A stretch of 64,000 nucleotides of DNA. It comes from an uncultured Thermoanaerobaculia bacterium. Its GTDB lineage: Bacteria; Acidobacteriota; Thermoanaerobaculia; Multivoradales; Multivoraceae. The position numbers were made by a program, and so were the translations under genes. Under the pieces are notes generated by a model. The model was not told where the DNA came from. It was given only the letters and a program-made list of their open reading frames with translations, and made no database searches. The stretch covers positions 1,675,772 through 1,739,771 of the forward strand of contig OX638294.1 of the NCBI GenBank assembly GCA_951812325.1. Direction: 5' to 3'. Positions within the stretch are counted from its first letter, which is position 1. Every line of letters starts with the position of its first letter. Below are positions 61,748 through 64,000 of the stretch, piece after piece.

Positions 61748-62232
61748 CAACAGTCCTTCCCGTCCTCGAGGCTGAATCCCAGCAGCCCTGCAACTTTTCC
61801 CTGGACGTCCAGGATCGTGTGCGCGGCGGCGAGTTCCTTCTCCAGCCGCTTCACCTTCGCTTCCAGCCGCTTCACCTTCGGCGTCAGAGGGTTGGCCTCG
61901 ACAGGCTTGCGGCCACGCTTCTTCGGCCTCAGACCGGACAGCGCGCCCTTCCGCCGCGCCTTGCGCCAGTTGGCCAGATGGGAACTGTACAGACCTTCTC
62001 GCCGAAGCAGCCGGCCCACTTCGCCGCGGTCCGTGCACCGGTCAGCCTCCTCCAGAATCCGAAGCCGGTACTCCGCCGTGAACTGCCGCCGGGTCGGCTT
62101 CGCCAGCACTTCCGGGTCGGGAACCCCTCCCGCAGACGACGCGCCGGCCCCGGGGGCCTCGTCGCTACGCTCCTCAACCCCCGGGGCCGGGAACTCCGAG
62201 CCGCCGTCAAGTCTCTGCTCTCGTCTTGCCAT
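61747..62232 (-). CDS. IS3-family OrfA
   Basis: RRQFTAEYRLRIL, LLRREGLYSSHLANWR. Confidence 0.9.
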   Translation of the reverse strand: MARREQRLDGGSEFPAPGVEERSDEAPGAGASSAGGVPDPEVLAKPTRRQFTAEYRLRILEEADRCTDRGEVGRLLRREGLYSSHLANWRKARRKGALSGLRPKKRGRKPVEANPLTPKVKRLEAKVKRLEKELAAAHTILDVQGKVAGLLGFSLEDGKDC

Positions 62233-62366
62233 CGATCCTCCTCGCAAACGTGTGCCCTCCACTATTCAACGGGACGGCCCCTGTGTCACGTACGTTGGCA
62301 GAGAGGGTCACTCTCTGGCCTCCTCGCGGTAGAGGAGTACACCTTAGCCACCTGTCCAGTCTTGTG

Positions 62367-62812
62367 GGACCACCTCATGAGTCGGAGCTCTGATTGCCGG
62401 TGAGAGCCGGCGTCCTTGCGGCTCAGGCGGCAGCTTGAGCAGGTCTCAATGGTCGGCGGGCGCAGAGCCACGCGAAGCGGCGCAGGTTGAAGACCAGGTT
62501 CATCATTCCGATCTTGCAACTCGCCCTGTCCAGACCGACTGTCCTGACCAGCCTGCCGCCCATGCCCTCCTGGTGGCCGAAGACATGTTCAACCCGTGCG
62601 CGCGCCCTGGACTCTTCCGGTTCGCTTTGACGGACCGAGGCGGCAACGGATGGTTCCGCCCCACGATCTTCGTCAGCGGGTCGCCAAGACCGTCCAGCTT
62701 GCTGTGCCTCTCGTCCAAATCGAAGAACCCCGGCTGCGGCATCCCAAACCCTCCTCGTTGACTGCCGAGAGCTTGTCGGATAACGATCCGATTGGCTCTC
62801 ATGAGAGGCTCC
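62367..62812 (-). mobile_element. Internally deleted IS5-family element, 446 bp
   Basis: Imperfect IRs GGACCACCTCATGAG / GGAGCCTCTCATGAG (12/15); N-terminal MPQPGFFDLDER...DPL and C-terminal RARVEHVFG...NLVFNLRR in different frames. Confidence 0.78.
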
Positions 62813-62952
62813 TTCAATGCTCTGGATTTCCTTGTGTGGCACTGATTCTTTGTGATAGATTGGTCGTCTTCGCGGGAGCTCCGAAGGGCCGGTTCGGCAG
62901 CCCCCGACACGACCCAATCCGACCGTCAGGTCGCAGCACGGATGGCAAGCCA

Positions 62953-64000
62953 ATGATTGACAAGCAAACCGGCATGAGCGCCGCGGAACGCATGGGCGAG
63001 GAAATCGCGACGCTTGCGGCACGGATCGACGCCGCGACCTACGAGTTGCTGGTCCTGATCCGCAAGTTCGACGAGCTGGGAAACTGGGGCTGCGGCTTTC
63101 TCAGCTGCGCCCACTTCCTCAACTGGCGCATCGGCCTGGCGTCCGGCGCGGCACGCGAACGCGTACGCATCGCCCGCGCCCTGGGCTATCTGCCGCGCAT
63201 CAGCGCGGCGATGAAACGCGGAGAACTCTCCTATTCGAAGGTCAGGGCCCTGACCCGCGTCGCCCGTCCCGACACGGAGGAAACTCTGCTCGAAGCCGCC
63301 AGGGCCTGCACGGCGGCTCATGTCGAACAGATCGTCAGGGCGTGGCGGAGGATCGATCGCTCGGTGGAGGCTGCGGACGACGAACTGCGCGATGCCTCGA
63401 GCGAGCTGACGACCCATGTCGACGAGAACGGCATGGTCGTCATCCGGGGCCGTCTGGCGCCGGAAGCCGGCGAGCTGCTGCGGAAGGCGCTCAAGGCAGC
63501 GGGCGAGAAGCTCTATGCCCCGGAGCAGAAGGATCGCCCGTCGGCCGGCAAGGTACGCGCGGACGCTCTGGTCCTGGTAGCCGAGAGCGCGCTGAGAAGC
63601 GGACTGGACCCGGGCTCGAGCGGCGACCGCTATCAGGTGGTCGTCCACGTGAACGAAGAGGAGCTGGGGACTGCGGCGAGCGGGTCGACCAACGGCCGGC
63701 CGCGAGCCGACGGCCAGGCCGGGGAAGAAGCGAAGGCCCTGCAGAACCAGATTGCGCGGCCAGCTATGGCACCGAACCGCCATGGGCACGTCCCAGCGGG
63801 AACGCCGGGCAAGGACGTTCCCGCGGGAACGCCGGCGAGGCCGGTTGCATCGGAAGTGACCGAAGCGAAGGCCTTGGAGAATCAGGCTGCGCGGCCAGCG
63901 ACGGCGCCGGACCGCCATGGGCACGTCCCAGCGGGAACGCCCCAGAAGGACGTTCCAGCGGGAACGCCGGCCAAGCCCGTTGCAACGGAAGTGAACGAAG
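62953..64000 (+). CDS. DUF222 (13E12-repeat)/HNH-type protein, 3'-partial
   Basis: Manual translation (absent from the ORF track): EIATLAARIDAATYELL, GFLSCAHFLNWRIG, ARERVRIARAL, GELSYSKVRALTRVA, YQVVVHV; open to the window end. Confidence 0.85.
   Translation, partial: MIDKQTGMSAAERMGEEIATLAARIDAATYELLVLIRKFDELGNWGCGFLSCAHFLNWRIGLASGAARERVRIARALGYLPRISAAMKRGELSYSKVRALTRVARPDTEETLLEAARACTAAHVEQIVRAWRRIDRSVEAADDELRDASSELTTHVDENGMVVIRGRLAPEAGELLRKALKAAGEKLYAPEQKDRPSAGKVRADALVLVAESALRSGLDPGSSGDRYQVVVHVNEEELGTAASGSTNGRPRADGQAGEEAKALQNQIARPAMAPNRHGHVPAGTPGKDVPAGTPARPVASEVTEAKALENQAARPATAPDRHGHVPAGTPQKDVPAGTPAKPVATEVNE
63727..64000 (+). repeat. 135-bp in-frame tandem repeat with VPAGT motifs
   Basis: GAAGCGAAGGCC at 63727 and 63862, third start at 63997; 16-bp palindrome CGTTCCCGCGGGAACG at 63816-63831. 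Confidence 0.88.

Larger units (their letters stand above)
60716..62300 (-). mobile_element. IS3-family insertion sequence
   Basis: IRs TGCCAACGTACGTGACACAG / TGTCAACGACATTGACACAG; no target duplication visible. Confidence 0.88.

Overview
GC-rich bacterial window (about 70% GC by eye). The GWxTD-VWA protein, F420-type LLM oxidoreductases and PQQ, GMC and Gfo dehydrogenases suggest an Acidobacteriota-like organism (inference). Positions 1-44.5 kb hold accessory metabolic and envelope genes, three toxin-antitoxin loci (VapBC, a fused MNT-HEPN, AbiEi/AbiEii), an ApbE-DUF4266-DUF3570-thioredoxin cluster, an NCS2/anti-sigma-like/GPP34/STAS cluster, several tandem duplications at gene junctions, and IS1182-ended miniature elements. 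Positions 44.6-58.9 kb hold a stand-alone DEDDh exonuclease and a complete type I-E CRISPR-Cas system (cas3, cas8e, cas11, cas7, cas5, cas6e, cas1, cas2) with a 76-repeat array. The array is truncated by an IS pile-up (IS1182, IS3 fragment, IS3, mini-IS5), followed by a partial DUF222/HNH-type gene. The main discovery is the 416-bp cas3-cas8e intergenic region. It contains a sigma70-like promoter, a tRNA-like RNA with no canonical anticodon loop sitting on a long stem, and a cryptic one-spacer mini-array of two degenerate repeats. That spacer matches a PAM-flanked site just downstream of the promoter, with mismatches at positions 6/12/18/24/30, which Cascade does not read. This is a CreA/CreR-like Cascade-guided repression circuit whose regulated cargo may be a tRNA-mimic RNA.
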